From Halobacterium sp. CBA1126 (lineage in GTDB: Archaea; Halobacteriota; Halobacteria; Halobacteriales; Halobacteriaceae): 40,000 nucleotides of DNA. Positions 17,933 to 27,959 of this stretch are shown piece after piece. Numbering within the stretch: position 1 is the stretch's first letter; every line of letters begins with the position of its first letter. Position numbers and translations under genes: made by a program. The notes under the pieces were generated by a model. The model was not told where the DNA came from, made no database searches, and saw only the letters and a list, made by a program, of their open reading frames with translations. Where the stretch lies: positions 5,311 to 45,310 of the forward strand of contig NZ_WPCF01000007.1 of NCBI RefSeq assembly GCF_009741975.1, written 5' to 3'.

Positions 17933-18301
17933 ATGTACGAGAAACTCGACCGGAGCAGCGGGCGCGTCGTCGGCTACCGCGTCCGGGACGAGCTCTCGGA
18001 GGCGGACGTCGAAGCGATGCTCGAGGACGTCGGAGAGACGATTCGCGAGGAGGGGTCGGCGCGGGTGTTGGTGTACATGCCGACCGTCCCGGTGCCGGAC
18101 GTCGACGCGCTCGACGAGGACGTCGGCTTCTGGCTGCAGCACGGCGACGACGTCGAGAAGTACGCGGTCGTCGGCGACAACCGACTCCTGGAGTGGGTGA
18201 CCGGCCTCGAGGACCGCGTCACCGGCGTCGACTTCGAGTACTTCGACGCGGCCGACCTCGACGACGCGTGGGCGTGGCTGCGCGAGGACGAGTCGGCGTA
18301 G
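17933..18301 (+). CDS. SpoIIAA-like/STAS-fold protein (DUF3478-like)
   Basis: 122 aa; C-terminal pattern KYAVVGDNRLLEW...DFEYFDAADLDDAWAWL resembles the SpoIIAA-like family. Confidence 0.55.
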   Translation: MYEKLDRSSGRVVGYRVRDELSEADVEAMLEDVGETIREEGSARVLVYMPTVPVPDVDALDEDVGFWLQHGDDVEKYAVVGDNRLLEWVTGLEDRVTGVDFEYFDAADLDDAWAWLREDESA

Positions 18302-18305
18302 CCAG

Positions 18306-19268
18306 CTACGCTTCCTGCGGGGCGCCGCGGTCCGCGAGCAGGTCCCGGAGGTCCTCGGAGTCCTCGACGTCCTCGAGTTCCTCGCGCTCCACGATGGCGG
18401 TGTCGTCGACGGAGTCACGGGAGGCCTCGTCGACGACGTAGACGGCGCTCGTTCGCGTGATGGCGCCGAGCGAACTCATGATGCGGGCGCGCTTGACCGC
18501 GGCCTCGGTAAAGGAGGAGTGGCCGGTCAGCATGCGGTCGGCGCCCGTGGCGTCCTCGCTGACGGCCTTGAACGGCGCGCGGTCCGTCGGGTGGACCTCG
18601 AAGCCGACGCGCGCGAGCACGGAGAGCACGGGCACGTCCTCGGGGTCGGCTTCGGGGTCCTCGGGGGTCGGCTCGGCGTCCCGGACGTCCTCGGCGCCGT
18701 CCATCACCGAGACGGGGGAGGTGAGGTCGCCGCCGAAGAGGTCCTCGAGCTCCATCGCGACGTCGATGCTGGCGTTCATCCCGTCCTCGTACTTCGAGAC
18801 GGTGCGCCGGGAGACGCCGAGCTCGTTGGCGAGCTGGCCGAGGCTGAGGTCCTCGTTCTGGCGGCGGTCCGCGAGCACGTCGCCGTCGATGTTCACGTAG
18901 AGGCCGCCCGGGGCCGCGTAGATGAGCGGCGGGACGCCCTCCACGAAGAACTCCATCGCGGTGTCGGGGCTGAGCACGGGGACGCCGTGCCGGAAGTAGA
19001 CGACGCCGGGCTTGAGCTCCTCGTCGCGGGTGCGGAGGCCGATGACCATCGGCGTCGCGTCGAGGTAGGTGCCGAGCCGCCGCATCTCCGCGCCGGTCGG
19101 CGCGTCGAAGGCGTCGATGTTGCCGAGAATCTTCACGAGGATGACGTCCTCGTCGCGGCGCGCGGCCACGTCGAAGCTCTTGGGCCGCGTCGCGCACCGG
19201 TCACTCACCGTGAACCCCGCGTCCGCGAGCATGGCGGTGACGTTCTCGATGAGTACCGACCGTGACAT
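18306..19268 (-). CDS. putative HTH-type transcriptional regulator (archaeal COG1395-type, central XRE HTH)
   Basis: C-terminal 320 codons of ORF 18306..20648 from the ATG (cat 19266-19268): [19 protein letters not shown].... Central [23 protein letters not shown] helix-turn-helix. Confidence 0.8.
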   Translation of the reverse strand: MSRSVLIENVTAMLADAGFTVSDRCATRPKSFDVAARRDEDVILVKILGNIDAFDAPTGAEMRRLGTYLDATPMVIGLRTRDEELKPGVVYFRHGVPVLSPDTAMEFFVEGVPPLIYAAPGGLYVNIDGDVLADRRQNEDLSLGQLANELGVSRRTVSKYEDGMNASIDVAMELEDLFGGDLTSPVSVMDGAEDVRDAEPTPEDPEADPEDVPVLSVLARVGFEVHPTDRAPFKAVSEDATGADRMLTGHSSFTEAAVKRARIMSSLGAITRTSAVYVVDEASRDSVDDTAIVEREELEDVEDSEDLRDLLADRGAPQEA

Positions 19269-19397
19269 ACTCGAGGATAAGCCGTCGGCGACATATATGC
19301 GTTGTGCCGATACGGCGCCGCTGCCCCGCGGTTTCGGTGATTCGACCGCGGGGTTCGACCGGAAGCGCGAAAAGCGGCGGGCCCCTACGCGGGAGCG

Positions 19398-20660
19398 ATG
19401 ACGGTCGTCGCCCTCGACGACACGGACTCCCGCGAGCGCGGGATGTGCACGACGTACGCCGCCCACCTCGTCGCCGAGCGGCTGCGCGAGCGCGGCGCGA
19501 GCGTCGAGCGCGCGCTGCTCGTGCGCCTGAACCCCGCCGTGGAGTACAAGACCCGCGGGAACGCCGCGCTCGCGGTCCACGCGGACGTCGACCCCGCGGT
19601 CGGGCTCGCGGTCGCGGAGGAAGTCGTCGCCGAGGCCGCCGAAACCGACGACCCCAGAACGAATCCGGGCGTGGTGGTCGCGCCCGACGCCGACGCCCCC
19701 GACCCAATCACGGAGTTCGCCGAGCGCGCGATGCGCGAGCACCTCGACCCCGGTGAAGCCAGCGCGCTCGCTGCCGCCCACGGCTACGAGACCGCGCAGT
19801 GGGAGAACGGCCGCGGCGTCGTCGGCGCGCTCGCCGCCGTCGGCGCGTGGTCCGCGTTCGGGGAGTGGACCCGCGAGCGCATCGACTACCGGGCACCCGA
19901 GCGCTGGGGGACCGAGCGCGACGTGGACGCCGAGAGCGTGTTCTCCGCGGCGGACGCCGCCTACCCCGACGCGTGGGACACCGTCGACCGCGAGGCGGAC
20001 GAACTCGTCTGCGTGCCGCACACGCCCGGCCCAATCCTCTACGGCATCCGCGGCGAGGACGCCGAGACGGTCGCCGAGGTCGCGGACGCCATCGACAGCG
20101 AACCCGTCCACGCGAGCGAGCTGTTCGTCACGAATCAGGGGACCGACGCGCACCTCCGGGAAGCCAACCTCGCCGACCTCGAAGACGGCCGCGCGTACCG
20201 CGTCGCCGCGACGGTCGCCGGGGAGCCCGAGACGCGCCGCGGCGGCCACGTCTTCGTCCCCGTCGAGGACGACGGCGTCCGCGTGGAGTGCGCGGCGTTC
20301 GAGCCGACGAAGCGGTTCCGCGACCGCGTGCGGGCGCTCCGGCCCGGCGACCGCCTCACGGTCTGCGGCGAGGTGAGCGACGGCACCCTCAAACTGGAGA
20401 AGTTCGCCGTCCGCGACCTCGACGCGACCGAACTCGCGACCCCGCAGTGTCCAGACTGCGGGACGTCGATGGAGAGCGCGGGCGCGGACCAGGGCTACCG
20501 CTGCCGGGACTGCGGGACGGCCGCGCCCGGGAAGGTCGAGCGCGAGGTCGACCGCGACCTCGAACGCGGCTGGTACGAGGTGCCGCCGTGCGCGCGCCGC
20601 CACGTCGCCAAGCCCCTGATTCGCGGCGGCTGGGACGCGCCGGTCCACCCAGAGCGGTAG
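19398..20660 (+). CDS. tiaS: tRNA(Ile2) 2-agmatinylcytidine synthetase
   Basis: N-terminus [20 protein letters not shown] (TiaS kinase domain), an OB-like segment and a C-terminal Zn ribbon CPDCG...CRDCG; 420 aa. Confidence 0.85.
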   Translation: MTVVALDDTDSRERGMCTTYAAHLVAERLRERGASVERALLVRLNPAVEYKTRGNAALAVHADVDPAVGLAVAEEVVAEAAETDDPRTNPGVVVAPDADAPDPITEFAERAMREHLDPGEASALAAAHGYETAQWENGRGVVGALAAVGAWSAFGEWTRERIDYRAPERWGTERDVDAESVFSAADAAYPDAWDTVDREADELVCVPHTPGPILYGIRGEDAETVAEVADAIDSEPVHASELFVTNQGTDAHLREANLADLEDGRAYRVAATVAGEPETRRGGHVFVPVEDDGVRVECAAFEPTKRFRDRVRALRPGDRLTVCGEVSDGTLKLEKFAVRDLDATELATPQCPDCGTSMESAGADQGYRCRDCGTAAPGKVEREVDRDLERGWYEVPPCARRHVAKPLIRGGWDAPVHPER

Positions 20661-20753
20661 CCCGCGGCCCGACGCCCGCGGCGACTTCGACGTATGTCAA
20701 TCTTTGACGGGCAGCCACAACGCTTTATTCCGGTGGGTGGCGTAACTGCAACC

Positions 20754-20969
20754 ATGCGCCCCGACCGCCGCAGTCCCGACGAGGGTGGCGTCGCCAGCGA
20801 GACGACCGACAGCGACACCGCTGCGGGGCGACTCGCTGCGCACGTCGAAGTGCAGGACGGCGAGCGGGCGTGCACGCTGTTCCCCGCGGACGCCGACGGC
20901 GACGAGCTCGTCACCACGTGGGTGACCGCCGAGGACGACGCGTTCGTCTCCCTCGCGGACTGGCGGTAG
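20754..20969 (+). CDS. small conserved haloarchaeal acidic protein
   Basis: ORF 20694..20969. ATG 20754 is preferred because a TATA-like CTTTATT lies at 20723-20729, about 28 nt upstream. C-terminal pattern CTLFP...WVTAEDDAFVSLADWR. Confidence 0.5.
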   Translation: MRPDRRSPDEGGVASETTDSDTAAGRLAAHVEVQDGERACTLFPADADGDELVTTWVTAEDDAFVSLADWR

Positions 20970-22042
20970 TCACTCCTTCAGGCCGCTGCCCGTCAGCGCC
21001 ACGGCCACGTCGCCCGCGAGGCCGCGCTCGCGGTAGGCCTCGAGGCCGGCGACGGCGACGGCGCTCGTCGGCTCGACGTAGAACCCGCGCTCGTGTAACG
21101 CCGACAGCGCCGCCTCCGTCTCCCCGGCAGTGCACGCGACGGCGTCGCCGTCCGTCGCGTCGATGGCCGCGAGAATCTGGTCCGTCCGCGCGGGCTCGGC
21201 GATCTGGATGCCGTCCGCGACGTCGTTCGTGCCGGCGCGCTCGGCGCCGTGGAGTTCCTCGACGATCGGCGCGACGCCCGCCGCCTGCACGCCGAGCAGC
21301 CGCGGCACCGAATCCGTCCAGCCCGCCTCGCGCAGCGCCGCGAAGCCGCGGTACGCGCCGAGGAACAGGGTCCCGTGCCCGAGCGGTAACACCACCGCGT
21401 CCGGCACCGTCCAGTCGCGCTGGGCCGCGAGCTCCAGCGCGAACGTCGACGTGCCCGCGTAGAACGCCGGGTTCCACGCGTGGCTCGCGTACCACGCGTC
21501 CCCGCCGACCGCTTCCCGAACACAGGCGTCGGTGACGTCCTGCCGGCTCCCCTCGACGCGGACCGCGGTCGCGCCCGCCGCTTCGATGGCGTCGAGCTTC
21601 GACTGCTTCGCGTCTGCGGGCACGTAGATGTCGGCGTCGACGCGGCCCGCGCGGCGTACTGCGCGATGGCCGCGCCCGCGTTCCCCGAGGAGTCCTCGAC
21701 GACGCGCTCGACGCCCATCTCGGCCGCGCGGGAGAGCGTCAGCGCCGCGCCCCGGTCCTTGTAGCTCCCCGACGGGAACACGTAGTCGAGCTTGAACTGG
21801 GCGTCCCACTCGGGGGCGTCCGCCAGCGGCGTCCACCCCTCGCCGAGCGTCACCTCCTCGCCGACCGGGAGGAACTCCTCGAACGCCCACAGCCCCTCGC
21901 GCGGGTCGACGGCCGGGTCGTCGCCCGCCGGGAGCGGCCGCTCCGCGAAGTCCAGCGCGTGCCCGCACTCGCAGCGCCACGGCTCCTCGGGCCCGGACTC
22001 GTAGGCTCGGCCGCAGGAGCGGCACTCGAGGTTCGCCGGCAT
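20970..22042 (-). pseudogene. threonine-synthase-family PLP enzyme with N-terminal Zn ribbon, frame broken at about 21642-21643 (probable sequence error)
   Basis: N-terminal part (MPANLECRSCGRAYE...CECGH...FPSGSYKDRGA...EDSSGNAGAAIAQYAARA) is in the frame of ORF 20993..23074. The C-terminal part (VDADIYVPADAKQSKLDAIEAAGA...LTGSGLKE) is in ORF 20970..22025. The junction GCC GC|GTC GAC is one nucleotide short. Confidence 0.8.
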
Positions 22043-22998
22043 CAGTACTTGTCGACGTCCGTGCCGACCGAGCAGACGTACTCGCCGGTGGCGACCTGCG
22101 GGAGCCGCCGGGAGCGCCAGAAGATGCCGTCGTTGTCGGCGGTGACCGTGGCCTTCAGCGTGCCGAAGACGTCGGTCACCTCGAAGAGCGTGTCGCCGGC
22201 GCGCACCGTCTCGCCGAGGTCGCGCTCGTACTCGACGATGCCGCCGACGGGGGAGCCGTAGCGGTCGAAGTCCTTCGCGCGGGTCTGGCGCTCGGTCTCG
22301 ACGTCGCCGTCGAGGAAGCCGTAGTACCGGAGGACGTTGAACACGCCGTCGACGCCGTACCGGATGGACTCCTCGTCGAAGCCGACCGCGCCGCCGAGCT
22401 CGGGGTCGACGGTGGGGATGCCCTCGGAGGGCGCGGTGCGCGCGAGCTGGCCCTCCGGGCCCTTCTGGTCGAGGACGTGCCCCGTCCCGAACGCCTTCGC
22501 GAGTTCGAGGCAGTCGCCGTGGAGTCGGTGGTGGCGGCCGCAGCGCACGCGCACCTCGTTTATCATCCGGGAAGTAGAGCCCTGGTGGAGGTCGAGGATG
22601 AGGTCGGCGTCCTCGGCGGCGGAGAACGTGGCGTGGGCGATGCGCTCGGAGGAGGAGCCGTTCGCGCTGCCGGGGTACGCGCGGTTGAGCTTCGTGTCGT
22701 CGATGGGGTTGCGGTGTTCGGCGACCTGGAACGCGTGGAAGTTCGTGATGCCGACGATCCGAATCTCGCCCGCGAGCTCGGCGGGGTCGAGCTGGGGGAC
22801 GACGCGGCGGAGCACGCCGACGCCGTTCAGTTCGTCGCCGTCGCTGGCGGCCTGCAGGTAGAGGGTCTTGCCGTCGCGTTCGCCGTTCACGACCGCGACC
22901 GGGAGGCCGGCCGCGGTGCCGTCCCGCATCTCGCCCACGGTGAGCCGACCGGTGTCGAACTCCCCGGGGTCCGCGGACGCCGTACCGAGCGTAGTCAT
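22042..22998 (-). CDS. succinylglutamate desuccinylase/aspartoacylase (AstE/AspA, M14-like) family protein
   Basis: ORF 22042..23142; ATG (cat 22996-22998) gives MTTLGTASADPG.... Motifs SDGDELNG, NRAYPG and DLHQG. Its TGA overlaps the downstream ATG (TGATG). Confidence 0.8.
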   Translation of the reverse strand: MTTLGTASADPGEFDTGRLTVGEMRDGTAAGLPVAVVNGERDGKTLYLQAASDGDELNGVGVLRRVVPQLDPAELAGEIRIVGITNFHAFQVAEHRNPIDDTKLNRAYPGSANGSSSERIAHATFSAAEDADLILDLHQGSTSRMINEVRVRCGRHHRLHGDCLELAKAFGTGHVLDQKGPEGQLARTAPSEGIPTVDPELGGAVGFDEESIRYGVDGVFNVLRYYGFLDGDVETERQTRAKDFDRYGSPVGGIVEYERDLGETVRAGDTLFEVTDVFGTLKATVTADNDGIFWRSRRLPQVATGEYVCSVGTDVDKY

Positions 22999-23083
22999 TA
23001 CGTAAATTCCACGCACGCGTGGCCTTGAGCGGTTCGGTCCCGGAATCGGCGCTGTTTTCACGCGGCGCGGCCAACCCCCGCGT

Positions 23084-23371
23084 ATGTCCGAGCCGTCCGA
23101 GCGGCCGGCCGACGCGGCGTCCGACCGCCCCGGCGTCGACAACTTCGTGCGCGCGCTCGGCGTCGCGACGCAGGCGAAACGCGGGTTCGCGGTGGGCCTG
23201 CTGGTCGCCGTCGGGACGTACTACTTCTTCGTCGTCGCCTCCGGCGGGTCGCCGTACTCGACGCCGTACCTCGTCGCGCTGGCGGCCGTGCTCGCGTTCA
23301 CGGTCGGCCTGCTCGCGACGTTCGCGTTCACCGCGGGCGCCGCCTACCGGCTCTACCGCGAACTCGAGTAG
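23084..23371 (+). CDS. small two-TM membrane protein
   Basis: 95 aa; acidic N-terminus followed by two hydrophobic helices. Confidence 0.5.
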   Translation: MSEPSERPADAASDRPGVDNFVRALGVATQAKRGFAVGLLVAVGTYYFFVVASGGSPYSTPYLVALAAVLAFTVGLLATFAFTAGAAYRLYRELE

Positions 23372-23421
23372 TCAGCCGCGCGGAGAAAACCTATTGTAGC
23401 CGCCTCCGCTCGTCTCCGAGA

Positions 23422-24018
23422 ATGGCCGAGGACGACTTCCCGACCCGGCTCGCCGCGTACACGGGCGACGACGCCGACGACGGCGAGGGGCTGCCGTCGC
23501 CGTCCGCCGTCGTCGCGGGCGTGCTCGCGCCGCTGCGCGGCGCGGAGAAGTCCCCGGGCGGGGCGCGCTTCGCGGTCGCCGAGACCAGCCACGCGGAGAA
23601 GCGCTACGCGTTCACCACTCGGGTCGAACTCGCGAACACGGACTGCACCGCGCGGCTCGTCGTCAGGCGCGAGGACGGCTACGTGTACGCGCGCCACGCC
23701 GTCCGGCCGCTCGAGACCGGCGGCCTCCTCGCCCGTGTTCGGGGCGGCGGTTCGGGCTACGACGCCCTCGACGTCGACGCGGACGCAGTTTCGACGCTCG
23801 CGAAGCGCCGCCGGAAGGTGGTCGCGGACGGCGTCGACTCTCGGGTCGTCACGCCGCGAATCACCGACGACCCCGTCGGCTTCGAGTTGCGCTTCGAGAC
23901 GGCCGACACCGCCGTCCTCTCGGTGACGGGCTACGCGGACGGCCGGGACTACCTCTCGGTGCCGCTGCCGGACCTCGCGCTGCGCGCGGTCGCCGCCGAG
24001 CGCGCCGTGCTGGACTGA
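23422..24018 (+). CDS. hypothetical protein
   Basis: 198-aa ORF with haloarchaeal acidic composition; no motif I can name. Confidence 0.5.
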   Translation: MAEDDFPTRLAAYTGDDADDGEGLPSPSAVVAGVLAPLRGAEKSPGGARFAVAETSHAEKRYAFTTRVELANTDCTARLVVRREDGYVYARHAVRPLETGGLLARVRGGGSGYDALDVDADAVSTLAKRRRKVVADGVDSRVVTPRITDDPVGFELRFETADTAVLSVTGYADGRDYLSVPLPDLALRAVAAERAVLD

Positions 24019-25212
24019 CTACGCCGACGCCAGCCCGCGGAGCCGGTCGGCGCTCGCGCGCGTCCCCTTCGCCAGCAGCACGTCCCCCGCGGCCACCTGC
24101 GTCTCCGGGCCGGGCTGGACCACCCACTCGTCGCTGTCCGCGTCCGGCCGCCGCACCGCGATGACGCGCATCCCCGTCTCGGTCGCGACCTCCTCGCCGC
24201 CGAGCGTCGCGCCGTCGAGCTCGCTGCCGGCTTCGACGGTCTCCCGGACGATGACCTCGTCGGACTCCTCGACGGCCTCCTGCACGACGACGTGGGTGTC
24301 CAGCCCGCGCAGGACGCCCTCGCTGATCTCCACTGCGGCGTCGCTGATGACCTCGGTCGCGGTGGCGATGTGGACGAGCCCGCGAAGCGAGACGGGGTCC
24401 TCGACGCGGCTCGCCGCCCGCAGCGTCCACGCCTCGAAGCGCGATTTGAGCGCGTCCACTTCGGCCTCCAGTTCGACGACTTCGGCGGCGAGGTCCGTCG
24501 AGTCGAAGAGCACCGCGCCGTACGCGAGGTCGACGGACAGCTCGCTCATGTTCTTCATCGTCACCACGGAGTCGACGGCGCGCTCGAGGTCGTCGATGCC
24601 CGGCTCGGGGACCGCGGGCGGCTCGTAGGCGTCGCCGGTCGCGGTCTCGTAGACGCCGCCGATGCGCTCGTCCGGCCCCCGGAGCAGGAGCACGTCGCCG
24701 GCGGTCAGTTCGGTGTCGCGGTCCGGGTTCAGCAGCCAGTCGCCGCCGCGCCGAATCGCGAGCACGCGCACCCCCGTCTCGGTCTCGAGGTTCACGTCCA
24801 GCAGCGTCCGGCCCGCGTACGCGGAGTCCGGTGCGAGTTCCGCGCGCACCAGCGACTCGACGGCCTCCGGGAGCGCCGCGCGGATGGCCTCGGGGACGCG
24901 GATGTCCTCGAGGACGACCTTCGCGATGTCGCCGGCGGCGTCGCTGATCTTCTCGGCGGCGCCGACGACGCCGAGCACGGGCGCCAGCGCCTCCGCGTCC
25001 TCCGGGTTGCGCGCCGCCATCAGGAGGCTCATCCGCGCGCGCAGCTGGAGGACGTCCATGCGCTCCTCGAGCTTGAGGACTTCCGCCGCCACGTCGTCGC
25101 TGCCGTGCAACACGGCCGAGTACGAGAGGTCGATGAGGAGCTCGGCGGTGTCTTTCATCTCCGCGAGGAGGGTCTTCACGCTCGCGGGCTCGTACTCGAC
25201 GCGGCCGCTCAT
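24019..25212 (-). CDS. PhoU-like / TrkA-C (RCK_C) tandem-domain regulatory protein
   Basis: Two repeats of a PhoU-like helical segment (LIDLSYSAVL / SVDLAYGAVL), each followed by a TrkA-C-like beta domain (GRTLLDVNLETETGVRVLAIRR / GATLGGEEVATETGMRVIAVRR). Confidence 0.75.
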   Translation of the reverse strand: MSGRVEYEPASVKTLLAEMKDTAELLIDLSYSAVLHGSDDVAAEVLKLEERMDVLQLRARMSLLMAARNPEDAEALAPVLGVVGAAEKISDAAGDIAKVVLEDIRVPEAIRAALPEAVESLVRAELAPDSAYAGRTLLDVNLETETGVRVLAIRRGGDWLLNPDRDTELTAGDVLLLRGPDERIGGVYETATGDAYEPPAVPEPGIDDLERAVDSVVTMKNMSELSVDLAYGAVLFDSTDLAAEVVELEAEVDALKSRFEAWTLRAASRVEDPVSLRGLVHIATATEVISDAAVEISEGVLRGLDTHVVVQEAVEESDEVIVRETVEAGSELDGATLGGEEVATETGMRVIAVRRPDADSDEWVVQPGPETQVAAGDVLLAKGTRASADRLRGLASA

Positions 25213-25385
25213 GTCACCGGGTTCGCTCCCGCTCCCGAAAAACGTTCGCGTCGGGTCGGCGCCCGCCCTACTTTGTTAATCGTTACCACGAAACGCGTTC
25301 GATTCGTTCGCTCGCGCAATATTTTCGTAGACGACCGTGAAGGAAACCGACACACATTAGGTAGAACCGTCAAGAACCCACACGC

Positions 25386-26522
25386 ATGGCCGACGAACTC
25401 AAGAAGGGACTGGAGGGTGTGCTCGTCGCGGAGTCCGAGTTGAGCTACATCGACGGCGACGAGGGCAAACTCGTCTACCGCGGGTACACCATCGAGGACC
25501 TCGCGCGCGGCGCGAGCTACGAGGAGGTCCTCTACCTGCTCTGGCACGGCCGCCTCCCCAATCGGGAGGAACTCGAAGCGTTCAGCGAGGAGATGGCGGG
25601 CCACCGCGAGCTCGACGACGACGTCCGCGACCTCGTCGAGGACCTCGCGGCCGCCGACGAGGACCCGATGGCGGCGCTGCGCACGGCGGTCTCGGAGCTG
25701 TCCGCGTTCGACCCGGACGCCGACGCCGACCCCACGGACCGCGAGGCGAACCTCCGGAAGGGCAAGCGCATCACCGCGAAGATTCCGACCGTCGTCGCCG
25801 CGTTCACGCGCCTCCGCGAGGGCGACGACCCCGTCCCGCCCCGCGAGGACCTCGGCCACGCCGCGAACTTCCTCTACATGCTCAACGACGAGGAGCCCGA
25901 CGACGTGCTCGCGGACGTCTTCGACCAGGCGCTCGTGCTCCACGCCGACCACGGGCTGAACGCGTCGACGTTCTCCTCGATGGTCACGTCCAGCACGCTC
26001 GCGGACCTCCACTCCGCGATCACGTCCGCGGTCGGCACCCTCGGCGGCAGCCTCCACGGCGGCGCGAACGCCAACGTCATGCGGATGCTCAAGGAGATCG
26101 ACGACTCCGGGAAGGAGCCCGTCGAGTGGGTCGCCGACGCCCTCGACAGCGGGAAGCGCGTCGCCGGCTTCGGCCACCGCGTCTACAACGTCAAGGACCC
26201 CCGCGCGAAGATTCTCGGCGAGCGCAGCGAGGAGCTCGGCGAGGCCGCCGGCGACACGAAGTGGTACGAGATGAGCGTCGCCATCGAGGAGTACGTCAAA
26301 GAGGAGAAGGGGCTCGCGCCGAACGTCGACTTCTACTCCGCGTCGACGTACTACCAGATGGGCATCCCCGTCGACATCTACACCCCCATCTTCGCGATGT
26401 CCCGCGTCGGCGGCTGGATCGCCCACGTCCTCGAACAGTACGAGGACAACCGCCTCATCCGCCCACGCGCCCGCTACGTCGGCGAGGAAGACCAGGAGTT
26501 CGTGCCGCTGGACGAGCGGTAG
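25386..26522 (+). CDS. citZ: citrate synthase
   Basis: 378 aa; GLEGVLVAESELSYIDG, HADHGLNAST, GFGHRVY and DFYSA signatures. Confidence 0.95.
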   Translation: MADELKKGLEGVLVAESELSYIDGDEGKLVYRGYTIEDLARGASYEEVLYLLWHGRLPNREELEAFSEEMAGHRELDDDVRDLVEDLAAADEDPMAALRTAVSELSAFDPDADADPTDREANLRKGKRITAKIPTVVAAFTRLREGDDPVPPREDLGHAANFLYMLNDEEPDDVLADVFDQALVLHADHGLNASTFSSMVTSSTLADLHSAITSAVGTLGGSLHGGANANVMRMLKEIDDSGKEPVEWVADALDSGKRVAGFGHRVYNVKDPRAKILGERSEELGEAAGDTKWYEMSVAIEEYVKEEKGLAPNVDFYSASTYYQMGIPVDIYTPIFAMSRVGGWIAHVLEQYEDNRLIRPRARYVGEEDQEFVPLDER

Positions 26523-26729
26523 ACGCGACTGGTCACCTCGTCCGCCGCCCAGTTCTCTCGTCCTCCACACACGCCATCGACTCGTTCCCGCCCCGCACTT
26601 TCACTTTCACCGCGCTTTGGTCGGTTTTATCACCGTCCGGGTCCTCGTCGCAACTGTCACACGCTCCGTTCCCCGTATTCTTGGAGCGCACCACCAACCG
26701 TTAACAGCGGCAGCGCCGTATCCGGGAGC

Positions 26730-27959
26730 ATGATCGGACTCGACGACGTGCTCGACGCCCGCGAGCGCGTCGCTGACGTGGCGCGACACACCCCGCTGGA
26801 CTACTCGAACACGTTCTCCCGGATGACCGACGCGGAGGTCCACCTGAAACTGGAGTGCTTCCAGCGCACGGGCTCGTTCAAGATCCGCGGCGCCACCAAC
26901 CGCGTCCGCACGCTCTCCGAGGCCGAGCGCGACGCGGGCGTCGTCACCGCCTCGGCGGGGAACCACGCGCAGGGCGTCGCGCTCGCGGCCTCCCGGTCGG
27001 GCGTCGACGCGAAGGTCGTGATGCCGGAGGCCGCCCCCATCTCGAAGATCAAGGCGACGAAGAGCTACGGCGCCGAGGTCGTCCTCCACGGCGTCGACTA
27101 CGACGCCGCCCAGGCCCACGCCCACGAACTCGAAGACGAGGAGGGCCGAACCTACGTCCACGCCTTCGACGACGAGCGCGTGATGGCCGGACAGGGGACG
27201 CTCGGCCTCGAGATCGTCGACGAGCTCCCGGAACTCGACACCGTCGTCGTCCCCATCGGGGGCGGCGGGCTCATCGCGGGCGTGGCGACCGCCGTGAAGG
27301 CCCACGACCCCGACGTCCGCGTCGTCGGCGTGCAGGCTGAGGGCGCCTCCACGGTCGCCTCCTCGCTCCAGAAGGGCGAGCCCCAGGCCCTCGACTCCGT
27401 GGACACCATCGCGGACGGCATCGCCGTGCGCCGGGTCGGCGAGCGGACGTTCCCGGTCATCCGCGAGCGCGTCGACGAGGTGGTCACCGTCTCCGACGAC
27501 GAGATCGCGACCGCGCTCGTGTTGCTGCTCGAACGCGGGAAGACCCTCGTCGAGGGCGCTGGCGCGACGCCGCTCGCGGCGCTCCTCGAGGGGAAGTTCG
27601 TCTACGACGAGGACGAGGTCGTCGTCCCCGCGCTCTGCGGCGGCAACATCGACCTCAACCTCCTCACGACGGTGGTCATGCGCGGGCTCGTCGACCAGGG
27701 CCGCTACGTGAAGATTCGCACCGTCCTGAAGGACCGCCCGGGCGCCCTCGACGACCTCATCGACGTCGTCGCCGGCGAGCGCGCGAACATCTACGCCATC
27801 CAGCACGACCGCACGAACCGCGACATCGCGATGAACGCCGCCGAAGTGGAGCTGGACCTCGAGACCCGCGGCCCCGAACACGTCGACGAACTCCTCGACC
27901 GCATCCGCGAGGCGGGCTTCGAGGTCACCGTGCTCAACGGCCCGCGCCCGCAGAACTGA
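26730..27959 (+). CDS. ilvA: threonine ammonia-lyase (threonine dehydratase)
   Basis: PLP lysine motif TGSFKIRGA, SAGNHAQG and GGGGL loop; C-terminal ACT-like domain. Confidence 0.9.
   Translation: MIGLDDVLDARERVADVARHTPLDYSNTFSRMTDAEVHLKLECFQRTGSFKIRGATNRVRTLSEAERDAGVVTASAGNHAQGVALAASRSGVDAKVVMPEAAPISKIKATKSYGAEVVLHGVDYDAAQAHAHELEDEEGRTYVHAFDDERVMAGQGTLGLEIVDELPELDTVVVPIGGGGLIAGVATAVKAHDPDVRVVGVQAEGASTVASSLQKGEPQALDSVDTIADGIAVRRVGERTFPVIRERVDEVVTVSDDEIATALVLLLERGKTLVEGAGATPLAALLEGKFVYDEDEVVVPALCGGNIDLNLLTTVVMRGLVDQGRYVKIRTVLKDRPGALDDLIDVVAGERANIYAIQHDRTNRDIAMNAAEVELDLETRGPEHVDELLDRIREAGFEVTVLNGPRPQN

Noticed and set aside
20993-23074. 693-aa minus-strand ORF apparently fusing two genes
   Set aside because: Only the stretch from 22042 down to about 21643 is genuine coding sequence (the ThrC-like N-terminus). 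Upstream it runs out of frame through the AstE-like gene, and downstream it is the post-frameshift nonsense tail.
25270-25330. Near-palindrome GAAACGCGTTCGATTCGTTCGCTCGCG upstream of citrate synthase as an operator
   Set aside because: It is a single imperfect copy with no second site or recognisable partner, and it is indistinguishable from chance in this spacer without comparative data.
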